Positions 38,204 to 51,878 of a stretch of DNA of 64,000 nt are shown piece after piece. The number at the start of each line of letters is the position of its first letter. Within the stretch, counting starts at the first letter, position 1. Below the pieces are notes generated by a model, which saw only the letters and a list, made by a program, of their open reading frames with translations, did no database searches and was not told the DNA's origin. The stretch covers positions 73,408,001 through 73,472,000 of the forward strand of contig OX597817.1 of NCBI GenBank assembly GCA_951406725.2, given 5' to 3'. This DNA comes from Octopus vulgaris (taxonomy: Eukaryota). Made by a program: the position numbers and the translations under genes.

Positions 38204-39321
38204 TTTTGGTTTTCTATATTAAGTACTGATTTTGCTACTCAGGTTCTTCTTTTAATATATCTCGGCACCAGTTTTTATTCCTCCCTCGCGAAGACACACG
38301 CACACAAATATTGACACTCACCTCACACATAAACACACACGCGCGCGCACACACACGAATATATAACGCCGGGCGAAATGCGTATGAATAATATACACGA
38401 GTGGATAAACGACATAGAAGGGCACCCAACACATTTAGTAGTATACGTATTATTTAAGACAGTTTGATTCGGTCCATGCGACTTAAAGTTTCGCAGGCCT
38501 CTAACAGAATCCCGTCACTTTCAGGCTTTGGTTACCGAATGAAGAGATACATGAAGTTCAAGATGGCTACCGGAAGATAGGCTGCTATTGGTCAAGGCGG
38601 GTCACATAGTATTGTCAAAGAATATCAGTTGGTCAGAGACATATACACACGCATACGCGCGCGTGCACACACTCATAATACTCGCACACATACGCAAACA
38701 CGCATCCCACGCACTAACCCACACTCATACAACCACACAAATGAATAGACACACACACATGCTTACGTACACGCAACTACACTAGCATACATCACGTTCG
38801 CACACATAAATACCAGATCTGCTTCACTAGCACACCAACAAATATCAATAGCAAATGCATATATACGCACGCACACATTCACATACACACACAACACACA
38901 CATATACACACACAAGACACACACAACACATACACATGCATCCATAATCGCACCCTAAATACGTTCGCACATGCATGCGAATATAGTAGGTACTATAGTC
39001 ATTCGTGTTGGCGATGAACTTTTACAAGAGTTTACACCCCCTTAAGCAAATTTCGTTCCTAAGGCACTGTGCAGCGGCACCCACAGATTACCGAATGGAG
39101 GAGTACAGGAATCCCAAGATGGCTAGTGGAAGATAGGTTGCTTTGGTCAAGGCTGATGTCAAGGAATACTAGTTGGTCAGCGACATCAGTTCGTTTAGAA
39201 AGAGGAAGCTGCTGATGCCGAGATGCCTTACTGTAGCAGAAGTAACACCAGCGTGTGAGTGTGTGTATGTCTGTATGCATGTACACACACATACACGTAC
39301 ACACACGCACACGCACACACA

Positions 39322-39815
39322 CATATTATCGACCGCCATTATCGATAGCATACCGCTCATTGTCCCCTCACCCCAGGGCATCAAAATACCCTCCTCTATC
39401 CATCTGTTCACTTCTCTCTCGAACCTGAACCTGACTTCTCCTATCAGGGTGCGCTCATGGCAGCACGCCCTATTTCTCGGTACGGGAGGTTCTCCTTTCA
39501 AATAGTATTCCACCGTCCATCTTTCTCCATCGAACTCAGCACAGAAGTCTTCGTCTTCAATTGCGCCTCTGAAAACCCCTCTCTCTACCAGGAATCCGTC
39601 ACCCTTACAGCTTTCATCCTCCGCTGCGCGCTCACGGCACGCAGTGCAACGGTTACCAAATTCTGATCCGGCCCCGCGAACTGTCACACCTTCCGATCAT
39701 ATGATCACGTCCATTTCGACCACTAGTTCAACCATCTCATCAACTATAATCACCTGCATCCTCAACACGGGTCTCCAGTTTAATTTTGCTGACAGATGTT
39801 GTTTCTCAAAGTTCT
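39322..39815 (-). mobile_element. Gypsy-like LTR retrotransposon pol fragment (protease-RT junction)
   Basis: ORF 39169-39687 contains IEDEDFCAEFDGERWTV...FEREVNRWIEEGILMPW...MLSIMAV and is cut off by a (TG)n repeat. Confidence 0.6.
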
Positions 39816-40419
39816 GAGGATTTTCTAGCTACAGATACGCTTGTTTTTGAGCCACATCATATTCTTTAACCAGTGATAAAGGCCAATGCAAAGTTTTATT
39901 ACTGCAGGCGGACACTGACTGATGTTTCCACATATTTTATCAATGATAGGAAGATCTTCTTTCCATTTATTCTGTTCACCGTATGCTTGCACTGCCAAAA
40001 TTACATAACTTTCGTAACAAATTCTCGGACGTATCTTCGGCTGGTAACGGCGTGCTGAAATAGCTTGTGGTTTATCTCGAGTTGCAATTGAGACAACCAG
40101 CCAAATCAATCAGTTGTAATCACGTGTCGGCTCCGCCGATTCTCGCCAGCAAGCAGTACTATGCTTCTTCACCACAGACCCCCACAAAGAAAGAAACCGT
40201 CTTCAACCTCTCGCTCACCGACGTGACGTCATTTCGTCCCCCTTCCGGTTCCTTCGCGATGTCGCTCCCCCTTCTTTCTGGTTATTTAGCCTTCCACCAC
40301 ATACACATTAGTTTCCGTCTATCTCGCGGGATCACGTGTTTGCGGGAATATGCGCGTTTACATGGGGCATGCTTTCAACAAATCCTGATTAATTCTTCGC
40401 ACAGAAGCTTCATTCCCTC

Positions 40420-41880
40420 GTTAACATTGGATTTGTCAATATGCTGAAACCAGTTTGCTTCGAGAATTTCAGTTTCGATTTCCTTCCACTTGGCCTTCCA
40501 GGAAATTCAAGTCCATGCGGAGTGAGTTATGTTTGATGTTCTTTGTGTCGGTTGATAATCGTATAATGTTGTGGTCGGAAATAGCTGAACATTGTGAATG
40601 AAGTCTGTATTCGCGGTAAAGATTAGGTCGAGTATGTTATTTTCCCTAGTTGGATTGGTAATGATTTGTTGTATGAGGAAGTCTTTAGTGGTATCGAGAA
40701 GGGCATTCATATCTCTTCTGTTCAGTTGTTTAATTTCAGGTTGGATATAGGCCTCAGACCAGCCGAGACTAGGAAAATTAAAGATCTTTGAAGTGATCTC
40801 CATGGTTAGTTGCATTAAGAAGACAGTAGATAATGCCTATGATCAAACTGAGGTCAATCACATGCATTATTAGTGTATCGCACACTGTGTTGGAGTGAGA
40901 GAGGAGCACATTTGTTGCCAGGTTTTCTTGGATGGAAATTGCTATTTCTCATTGTTTCTGTATTCTGTAGTCAGTTCTGAGTAGTATATGACCTGACATG
41001 TGTACTTCCGCATCCAATATGACTGAGGCCAGGTGCGTTTCACTTAGAGCTACACATATTGTCTTTTCTTGCTGTTCAAGGTCTCTCGCTGTGCAAGATA
41101 TGATACTTTTGTTCGATTTGTGAAGTGTGAAAGACCTTGTACATTCGACATTATTTTTGAGTTGAGATTCTGGGTTAATGACAGCCATCGTGTGGTTGTA
41201 CACTGGAATAATAGCAGTGGATGATGCTGTATGAGAGCTAGAAGTTAAAAAACATTTTTTTCGCTAAATTCATCATGGCTAAAAAACATTTCTTTTTCTC
41301 CTTTAGGGAGGGGTTGTTGTTTGGAGTTGCTATGGTTGCACTGTTGAATATGGTTATAGTTATATGGTTTGCGGCTGTTGATTTTACTATTGTACCCAAT
41401 AGATATCTGGGTGACTTCTGGGTTTCGATGAAAGCCTGGACCAACACTGCCAATGTAAGGGATGATTCTACTGCGAATTTGGTGGTAGTTTGGTGTCATG
41501 CTTCTACTAGTGCGTCGAGTCCCTGGAACATGAGTTAAGGGGCAATCACATATCAAATATAATATTTTGTGTTGGGAATAACAACAGACTTTAGGATTCG
41601 GGGTTACATGTGTAGAAGTTATTAAGTGTGATTTAGCATTTAGTGGTGGTGTTGTAAGATGTGTGGTTTGGCGTTGGCTGGTACTGCTTGTACGAATTGT
41701 GTGTCTTGTCCCAGGTAAATGGGTGAAGTTCTAGTATTAAAGAGTGACTTTCATTGCTGACCTTGTTGTTACTATTGTTTAGTTGTGGTAAGGGCAGTAG
41801 TAGAAGAGCATGATGACAATGACGAAGAAGGGTCACTTGTGGTATTCTGAGGAAAGGAGAAGTGGATAGCTGAACTATGA
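40420..41880 (-). mobile_element. Decayed CR1/Jockey-group LINE (ORF1 end plus APE endonuclease)
   Basis: VALSETHL...AEVHMSGHILLRTD, SHSNTVCDTL, FNFP, QQIITNPTRENNILDLIFT. Related to 3337-3750 (HSNSVCDTL). Confidence 0.8.
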
Positions 41881-42214
41881 AGAGCCCTTGATTGTGGGGT
41901 TTAATACTTCATCAATTGTGTTAGTATGGAGCAGCCGTGGTTGTTGTTGTTATATATGTATATATATATGATTTAATTTTTTTTTGTTGAGGATGATTTA
42001 GTTCAGTAATATAGTTTTCTAGGGATTTGGGGGTGGGTGTTCTTTTTATTATTTTAGTTCTTTGTTCTTATTTTATGAAAAAACCTAACTTCAAGCAACC
42101 TTTTACAGGTCAATTTTTAACAATATTTTCTAAGCCTGGGAAAGATAGGTAGGGGTTGCAATATTGCACCACCACGAAATTTTAGGGAGTGCAAGTGCAC
42201 CCTGTTCCCGGACC

Positions 42215-42545
42215 CTTGCCACTGGATGACGGACTCTGGTGATGATGTTATTCTCTGCTTTCCGATCCATGACGCTGGCCATAACATGCTTGAGGTCCAG
42301 GCACTGCAAGTTCAGATCTCCCTCAATCTGTTTCGCCTGTCTTCTTCTGCGCGCTGCGTTGGATTCTCCAGTGCACGGGTCGCAGCTGCCACAAACGTTG
42401 GTGTGGTAGTCATCTGGTGCTTATCCGGACAAAATGTGACAAGGCTGAACATTTTATCTACAGGTATTCGTCAACCCAATTTTGACTCTGAAGCATTGGG
42501 TTGACTCAACACCAATGTTGAAAGGCATATGCCCATATGTCGTGC
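42215..42545 (-). mobile_element. RTE-like LINE 3' fragment
   Basis: Minus translation GHILSG*APDD...QIEGDLNLQCLDL....MDRKAE resembles RTE C-termini. Confidence 0.45.
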
Positions 42546-43089
42546 ATGATCACCCATTCAGGCATCCGTTTATACATCGCTATTACATATTTATATTGTT
42601 TATTTGCTGCAACACCTTCTCTCACCTTTTCACCCTTCCTCTACTTTAGTTTCCCCTTTCTTTCTCTCTCCACTCAGTTGCATCTCTACCTCTTCACTCC
42701 CTTTCCACAGCCTTCTCTGTTCTTACTTTTCTCACTTATTTTGTCTCGCCCTCTCTCCATCACTTTCCACCCCATCTTCTGATTCACCTCGTCTTCCGTC
42801 GTCTGTTTTCTCTTTCTTACTGGGTTCTCTTCCAGAACACACCATTTTCTTAATCTCTGTCCATTATTTCTACCTTCTTTCTTTTCAAAGACTATTCTTC
42901 CAACAGCTTTTTCTCAACGTTGCTCCTTCGTACAACCATTTCATGTTTTATTTTTGTGGATAATTACCTCAGTATTATTCTCCTTTCTGTCGTAGTCGAA
43001 AGCATTTGTCGTTTGTTTTGACTTGCTTTTTTTCTATATATTTTCGTTGTCTGTGGTTTCAGACACACACGCTCGCACACACGCGCACA

Positions 43090-43258
43090 CGCACGTAAGC
43101 AACCATATGGTTCGGTATTCAACCCCACAGTGCAGTATTTTTGGTATGTGTTTCTTACTACATCCCCGTGTTAACCAGTACCTTCTGAACTGATTTTGGT
43201 AAACTATAACTCTTCAGAAACCCGTCGTGTGTGTGTGTGCGTGTGTTGTGTGTGTGTA

Positions 43259-43294
<36 letters not shown>

Positions 43295-43530
43295 TCGTGT
43301 GTGTACACGGCGTGTGCGTGTTTGTACTTATATTTTATGGTCTAAAACCTGGTGTAGTTTTTGTTAGCGTCACCTTGCATTCCATAACTTAGCGTGTTGG
43401 CAATAGATATTGATAAAATAAGTATCCGCCCGAGATCAGTATTGGTGGGGTGGATATAATCGAATAAAACTCGAGAAGGAATTGCCCCAGTATGGTAATA
43501 GTCTAATAACTGAAACCAATAAAAGAATTT
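43090..43530 (+). mobile_element. SINE family B (old, diverged)
   Basis: Head, internal (TG)n and tail ccccagtatggtaatagtctaataactgaaac. Confidence 0.65.
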
Positions 43531-43974
43531 AAAATAACACAATCTCTCTCAAATTATTTCTGTCTGGCAGCACAGGTAAAGACGATAGATCACAGAGGAG
43601 ATCAGCTAAGGCTGAAACATTCCTCTAGTTAATCAGACACATTGTGTTTGAATCAAATTTAATTGACTGGAATTTCGAAGTTGTCGTTAGCCAAATAACT
43701 AGAATTAATCATAAAGCGAATGGTTATTTATCTTCATCACAAGTGTAGTTTTAATTAATTATTATTCCTTTGTTCAGTACATTTCCTATATTATCACCAA
43801 CCTTACTTTGTATACAGTGCTGTAGTCGATTAGTAAATCTATATTTAGTCCTATTGGTTTCACCTGTGCAGCACGAAATCTTTAACTAGTTTATCCGACG
43901 TAACCTTTCAGATGAAATGATTTCATCGATTTTGTATTACTAAGATTAGATATACGATCTCTTCTTGCAGGCAT

Positions 43975-44340
<366 letters not shown>

Positions 44341-44788
44341 GTTGTTATTTCATATCAGATAACATCGTGCCATAAGAGATATTCTTCCGTTTGCATTGTG
44401 CTACATGATGTCACGCTATTCTTTAACGATGATATCGCATTTATATAAATGTTTTTGATCCAAGCTACTCGCTAAGGAAAAAGAAAAAGGAAAAGTACCA
44501 TGCTCTTTAATTTCAATTTTCCAAAAATAGCTTTGCCAAATATGAATTCAGATTTCATACGACCGATGTAGAAATGTCATTTAAGAAGCCTAATGTATTA
44601 AATCATGAGAAATATATCTGCTACTTCCAGTCATCGATCATCTACGCAAACATTTGATCGATCGGCATTTATTTCTGACTTTATGTTTGTTTGTTTCTTC
44701 CCGTTATAATTTAATGAATAACATTGCCTAAACAAGACAATGATATACGCCGACTATATATAGTATATGAATGTATACATGCATGCAT

Positions 44789-44839
<51 letters not shown>

Positions 44840-44840
44840 G

Positions 44841-44894
<54 letters not shown>

Positions 44895-45197
44895 ATACAT
44901 ATGTATATATATATATGTATATATACACACACCCATCACACATGCAGGCATGCACACAGGCGATGCAGCGGACACTCGTTAAATATAGAAACAAGACTAA
45001 CACACACCTTTCATATATTCACCCACTTAACATACATGCACACGTCTCTAGTATATATATATATGTTTTGAAACATAACCCCCCCCCCCCCCACACGCAC
45101 ATATATATATATATATATACATATACTCCCCCCCACACACATACATAAACAAATACCCTCCTATTCTATCTATATCTAATGAATTTATATATATCTA

Positions 45198-45299
<102 letters not shown>

Positions 45300-45689
45300 G
45301 CATATATGTATATATATGTGTGTGTATATATATATATATATACACACACACATACATAATAAGGCCGATCGGTAGATCGGACATGCCTGAACGAGTATTA
45401 GCTTCCTGGTGGCAACCTCGCCTATCATCCAAGCTTTGTAGTTGCTTTTCAATAAAGCGGGACAAATATTTTTCTGTAAAGATATGCAAAGAAAGAAAAT
45501 TTTCTGTAGCTATTACAATCGCTTTTGCCTATTTTGTTTTTATGATGTATGATACCACAATAGTAAAGTTTCTTTATTGATATGGAATGGTCCCTTATCT
45601 CCAACAATGGATCAGGAATTAAAATAGGTAGAAGAAAATATTTTTCTATTAGAGATCAACTGCAATGTTGTCACTACTTGTGATTTTAT

Positions 45690-47040
45690 ACTACATAGTT
45701 CACGTATAAATTTTTAGGGTCCTGCAGCAGGGTTTTTTCATCTACTTGTATCATTTTAGAGGGTTTGATACACTCATGTTATCTAGCTGTCCGCTTACAT
45801 TTCATCTTGCGAGAAGTCGTACTCAATCCATCTGTTTAACTGTTATTTCTGGCTTAACAGTCAGGTCATCAGTTGAACATTTTAAAGAAGCAACTTGGTA
45901 CCCTATCCAGCATTGTGGTAATATTTTCATTGCTCATCTTCAGAAACTTTATACTATTTTCGAAGATCTCGTTAAAACATTTAATACAGTCCGTAGGTCA
46001 GATCTTTTTAAGGCAGTGGCGGCAAATGGGAAGCTTCTAACATAACTCGAATATATTTCACGAAAATATAAAAGGCATTATGTAATTTTATGATTCCATC
46101 AGACAGTTTTGAATCAAGTGTGAATGCGAGCTGGGTTACGTTTTTACTCCAAATTTGTTTGGAAAACATTTTCCTGTATTACTGCAATATGCTTTGAAGG
46201 TAATACCTAATGATGTTTTCCGCCATTGAAAGACAGAATAGTGCTTGTTCAATGGAGCACAACTTATTACTATGACCAACACATCAAGATCCATCTTTTG
46301 GGAACCGTATACTGATAATGTAGCACTTGTTACTTACTGGGAATCAATATTACAAGAAATTACTGACAAGATTTCCTTAATTAGGAAGAACTTTTCTCGT
46401 GATATCAGCCACTTACTCTATCCAGAGAAGCAGTGATTCTGTTTACATCACCTTAGATAGATTCCCATTGGTAACAGTTGATGAGTTTTCCTGCGCGGGT
46501 TTACTGAGACACAATTAGTATCTATCTTTATTGCAGAATATGCTAGAATAAGCAAAGTAAAACTTACAAGAAGAAAATCGACTAAGATCAGAATCAAGCG
46601 TCCTGAGCATGTGGAAAAACGCACCCTTGTCGCACTACTGTATGGTTCCATGACAATGACAACATACCCAATAATTGCAAAAAGAAAACAAGAAACTAAA
46701 GTAATTTACAATGCTCCTGTAAGGTTCTAAATATCTCATGGCAAGATAAAGTCATCAATAACGAAGTGCTGCAGATATAGCAACTGCCAAGTTTGATGTC
46801 AATCCTGTGTAAACAACAATTACGGTTGCTAGGCCATGTCAGATGTGCAGAAGACAACAGACTTCCAAACGAGTTACACTTTGATGTACATTTTTAAAGA
46901 ACACACAGAAGAGGGGAATTGAAGTGTTTCAGTGATATCAGGTAGGGCAGTGTGATCTTAGTAGAGCAGTGTGATCAAGTGCCATATTTATTATAAGAAT
47001 ATGGAAGCGTCGCTAATGACAGTAGTTTGGAGAACAGCAA
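45690..47040 (+). mobile_element. Heavily decayed RTE-clade LINE reverse transcriptase
   Basis: LYTIFEDLVKTFNTV (compare FVDLTKAFDTV), YTDNVALV (compare FADD), LLYGS, LNISWQDKVINNEVL, LRLLGHV. Confidence 0.75.
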
Positions 47041-47777
47041 TCAACAGAAGTGTCATTATTATGAAAGATAAGTGTCGCATCTACATCGAATCATTAAAGA
47101 AACAAGAAGAAACCCATTCCGTGCAGGCAGTACCTGAGTGTATTGTGGGTTCTGTGGAAAAGTTTTTGGCACAAACATTGGAGGGAAAGCCATAAGTGAT
47201 ATTAGATATCATAAACATCAATCTGAGCACCCAACCTGAACCAAAGAGAGAGAAAAAAGAAAACAGAGAAATAGCTTCACTGATAGGACTTGAACTGCGT
47301 ATTCACTCCCCGCCGGGTTTACTTCGTTTCAATTCCATAACAGTCCACCTGCCGATTCCTCAATTATTTCCAAATGATTTCGAACATTCAGATCCTTCTT
47401 TTCAGGTTGACATTTCTTTTATCTCTACTAGATAATTGGGTCATCTTGTAGGTATTTGGTGACGTTTATGTAGTAAAAGACAAAAAATAAGCGGAACATA
47501 GGCGCGCGACTGAATTGGAGGCACGTAAAGAAAACGTTGTTGTAGGAGTGTACGCAGCACGTGTACTACAGCAGTACTATACTGAGATTGAAAGGCAGGG
47601 GCGAATTATGCCTACCTAATCTGCAAAACAATAAAATATTTTGCATTTTATCCATAATAATCAGAGTAACCTTCATAATTTTATTGAATTAGATGTATAT
47701 TTTGTCATAAAAGGAAAATTTTACAATCGATTTTATTGATAGGCACTGTCTGCCTTGCCTACCCAGGCGACACGTCC

Positions 47778-47822
<45 letters not shown>

Positions 47823-48205
47823 CGTAGGCATGGCTGTGTGGAAAGAAGCTTGCTACCCAACTGCATAGTTCCGGGCTCAGACCCACTGCTTGGCACTTTG
47901 ATCAGGTGTCTTCTGCTATAGCCTAGGCCACCAAAGTCTTGTGAGTGGATGTGGTACACGGAAATTGAAAGCAGTCCGTCGTATATACACGTGTGTGTGT
48001 GTGTGCGTGTGTGTGTGCTCGTGTGTGTGTTTGTTACAGTACTGGTGTGTTTACGTCCCCCATAACTTAGTGGTTCGGCAAAGCGATCGATGGAATAAAA
48101 GCTAGACTTAAAAAGAGAGTCCTGGGGTTGATTCGTTGGACTAAAACCCTTCAAGGCGGTACCCCTGCATGGCCGCAGTCAAATGACTGAAACGAAAAAA
48201 GAAAA
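47823..48205 (+). mobile_element. SINE family B, full length
   Basis: Head gtaggcatggctgtgtgg, internal (TG)n, tail gcatggccgcagtcaaatgactgaaac. Confidence 0.88.
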
Positions 48206-48256
48206 AAACGTATATATATATAAAAACAGGCTGTATTCAATATCTTGTGTATATAA

Positions 48257-49088
48257 CGGGCACTCCATCAGTTACGATGACGAAGGCTCCAGTTAATCCG
48301 ATCAACGGAAAAACCTGCTCGTGAAATTAACGTGCACTTCATAATAACGTGAAGCTTAAACATAGTTATCAGGGAGATTCAGCGTGGAACTGAGTGTCAC
48401 AAGGGTGGCCCTTTAAAATTCAGGTACCGTAAATCCTCGAGTATAATCCGCAATTTTTCCCCAAAATTTAAAGGTCAAAATTCCTAGTGCGTACTGTATA
48501 CGAGATTAAAAATGAAAATTATTTTCTAAGCAATATCCAAGTCTCTATTTGCTGTCCAGCAATGTTTATTCAGACGCATTTTGTGATGTCGGGGGCGAAA
48601 ATACCTTAAGCTAAGCCAGAAGGCAATGAAGTCATAAAAGAATCATCCATAACTTGCAGTAAGCAACATTTATTAAACATTAGTACTGTTATTTCTTTGT
48701 TTTATGCAAACAAAATGCACAAAAAAGCTACAACGTTTGCATTATGTTATATGTACAATAATAATAAAGGACGTTACCGTATACATTTTTACAAACCAAG
48801 GACGTTATATAGACCTCCATGACTAAAGTTAGAGAAGAGGTGCGTATTATACACAAGGTTTAGGTTTTTCAGAGATACAGCCCCCCCAAAAATCCTCTAC
48901 GTATTATACTCAAGGGCGGACTATACTCGAGGATTTACGGTACTATTCATTTTATATTTTTTCAGCTGAGAGGACTGAAGCAACGTGAAATAAAGTGTCT
49001 TCCTCAAACAGGAAATGCGTTGCTGGGAATTGAACTCACGACCTTACGATCATCAGCCGAATACCCTAACCACTAAGCCACGCACCTT
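48257..49088 (-). mobile_element. SINE family C split by a MITE insertion
   Basis: 48257-48426 and 48941-49088 rejoin to match the intact copy at 23165-23418. Confidence 0.88.
48427..48940. mobile_element. MITE, pogo/Tc2-like, with TA target-site duplication
   Basis: Perfect TIRs ccgtaaatcctcgagtata / tatactcgaggatttacgg, with TA at 48425-26 and 48941-42. Confidence 0.92.
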
Positions 49089-50362
49089 CACAGTATCTTT
49101 ATAGGGTGAATCTGTTTATCATGATTTACTAGATAAATAATTAGTACTTTTTAGCGGTTAGGTTTCATGGTAAAGAGAATATTCATTAAATGTTCAAGGT
49201 TTCCTTCTTCAAAAGAATGTCTTTCGTTAGAATAATATTTATCTGAAGAATTTGCTGTCTAAAACAAAACCAAGTCACAGAATAAAAAAAAGTCTTATGT
49301 ATGTATGTATGTATGTATGTATGTATGTATGTATGTATGTATGTATGTATGTATTATATATGTATGTATATATGTACATACACTACATAAATAGGAGAAG
49401 GGGTAAGAGCATGTGCATACACTTATATAAGAATATGTGTGTGTGTATACATGCATATAATTATATGTATATACGCAACCTCCATATATGTATATATACA
49501 TATATATATACATACACAAATATATATATACATGTATATATATACACACACATACATACATACATACATACAAATCTCGTGAACAGTCCAGGGCAAAACT
49601 CACAGAGGATAACTTTTCATGTAATAAGCACTTATACTCACACACACGCGCACACGTACGCACGCACGCAGACACACACACACACGCACACTCCCTCACA
49701 ACCATACACATTCACACATAAGTGCGCACAAACACACACACATACAATCAAGTGTGCGTATGCATATATGTTTGTCTGTCTCTCTCTCTCTCTAAATATA
49801 TGCATACTTACATGCATACATCCATCCATTCATCCATCCATCCATCCATCCATCCATCCATCCATCCATCAATCCATAAATACATACACACACACACACA
49901 CACACACACTCAAACACACACACACACATATATCAGCATGCATACGTAGATACAAAACGTGCATATAATGCAAGCAAATTTTGAAGTAAACATCTCCAGC
50001 TTGTCAGGGGAAATACTCGGCACAGTAATTTTGTCATGTGACAAACTTAATAAGCAAAGTGTCAGTTTATAGATGACAGTTTTTTTTTTTATGTGAAATA
50101 ATTGTCTGTGAAATAATTGTTGTCGCCATGTTGGAGAGGATGGCTAGAAATATTCTCGTGTTTCCATGTTGCTGAGATGGCAGGGTGATGATAGTTGCAA
50201 TTGAAGTAGGTGACTCGCTAAGTTTTCAGTGACATCGTTGTCCGTTTGTATCGACACTTAGTCGCTTATTTATCGACACTACTAAGTGCTAATCCGAAAT
50301 GTTTTTGTCATTTTGAAACGCAGTTCTGCCTCTAATACAAACTATACATGAAACTGTAACCC

Positions 50363-50476
50363 CTTCTTTCCTTTCTTTCTTTCTTTCTTTGTTTCTTTCG
50401 TTCATCCTTCTTTCCTTCCTTTCTTTCTTTCTTTCTTTCATCCTTCCTTCCTTCCTTCCTTCCTTCCTTCTTTTTT

Positions 50477-50520
<44 letters not shown>

Positions 50521-51215
50521 GCTTCCTTGCTTCCTTCCTTTCCTTTCTTTCTTTCTTTCTTTCCTTTCTTTCTTGCTTTCTTTCATCCTTCCTTCCTTTC
50601 TTTCTTTCTTTCTTTCTTTCTTTATTTATTTATTTCTTTCATCCTTCCTTCCTTCCTTCCTTCCTTCCTTCCTTCCTTCCTTCCTTCCTTCTTTCCTTCC
50701 TTCCTTATTTCTTTCTTTCTTTCTTGCTTTCTTTCATCCTTCCTTCCTTCCTTCCTTCCTTCCTTCCTTCCTTTCTTTCTTTCTTTCTTTCTTCTTTCCC
50801 TTTTCCTTCCTTCCTTCGTTCTTTCTTTCTTTCTTTCTTTCTTTCTTCTTTTCTTCCTTCCTTCCTTCTTTCCTTCCTTCCTTCTTTCTTTCTTTCTTTC
50901 TTGCTTTCTTTCATCCTTCCTTCCTTCCTTCCTTCCTTCCTTCCTTCCTTCCTTTCTTTCTTTCTTTCTTTCTTCCTTCTTTCCCTTTTCCTTCCTTCCT
51001 TCTTTCTTTCTTTTTTTCTTTCTTTCTTTCTTTCTTTCTTCTTTCTTTCTTCTTTCCTTCCTTATTTCCTTCCCCTTTCCTTCCTTCCTTCGTTCCTTCT
51101 TTCTTTCTTCCTTCCTTCCTTCCCCCTTCCTTCCATTCCTCCCTCCCTCCCTCCCTTTCTTTCTCTCTTTCTTTCATCATTCCTCTTTTCTTTCTTTCTT
51201 CCTTCCTTCCTTCGT

Positions 51216-51257
<42 letters not shown>

Positions 51258-51283
51258 TTCTTTTTTTTCTGTCTTTCTTTCTT
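50363..51283. repeat. ~920-bp polypyrimidine (CTTT/CCTT)n tract
   Basis: Seen directly. Confidence 0.95.
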
Positions 51284-51290
51284 TCAACGT

Positions 51291-51324
51291 TTCAACGTTT
51301 CGAACAAAGGTCTTTCTTCAGGAA
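51291..51324 (-). ncRNA. Degenerate minimal hammerhead-like motif
   Basis: Minus strand reads ttc CTGAAGA a agac cttt gttc GAAA cg tt gaa. Stem II has a mismatch. Confidence 0.4.
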
Positions 51325-51669
51325 AAAGTTGACAGATGTGAAATTAAAGACAAACAGCCTTTACTTTAAACCAGTCTATGAGACCCCTCCATGAGATGTT
51401 ATACTGGAGCATAGGATACAGACACGTTAAAAGGGTATGTCTACATGTAGCACAACAGAAAGCATATTTGCACATATAGAAATACCCACGGAATAACTTC
51501 ATACACCCATGTGTATGCAAACATGAACATATTCACAAATATCTGGAGCTGTCTTGAATGATTAACAAGGAAAGCTTATGTCACTCTGTTAATGGCGGTT
51601 AAGTATTTCTTTTTGAGGAATTCAAATAAATTCCAAGAAAAGCACACTCATACACTCATACACATGTAC

Positions 51670-51700
<31 letters not shown>

Positions 51701-51878
51701 TGTATGTATGTATGTATGTATGAGTGCATGTGTGTGTATGTATGCATGCATGTATATATGTATTTAATTATGTATGTATGTAAGGATGCATGTGTATACG
51801 AATATATGTATGTCTATGTGTGCATGTGTATATATAAATATATGTGTGTGTATGTATATATATATATATATATATATA

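Noticed and set aside
40067-40447. 126-aa ORF in a relatively CpG-rich patch
   Set aside because: Non-ATG start and no recognisable domain; it lies between transposon fragments.
45845-45875. Minus-strand CTGATGA...GAAA hammerhead-like match
   Set aside because: Stem II does not close next to the core, and the site lies inside decayed RTE coding sequence.
47596-47780. hAT-like MITE (caggggcg...cgtccctg)
   Set aside because: The terminal match is short and imperfect, and no 8-bp target duplication is visible.
50389-51394. Long F/L/S/P-rich ORFs (326, 291 and 202 aa)
   Set aside because: Read-through of the (CTTT/CCTT)n tract, which cannot contain stop codons.
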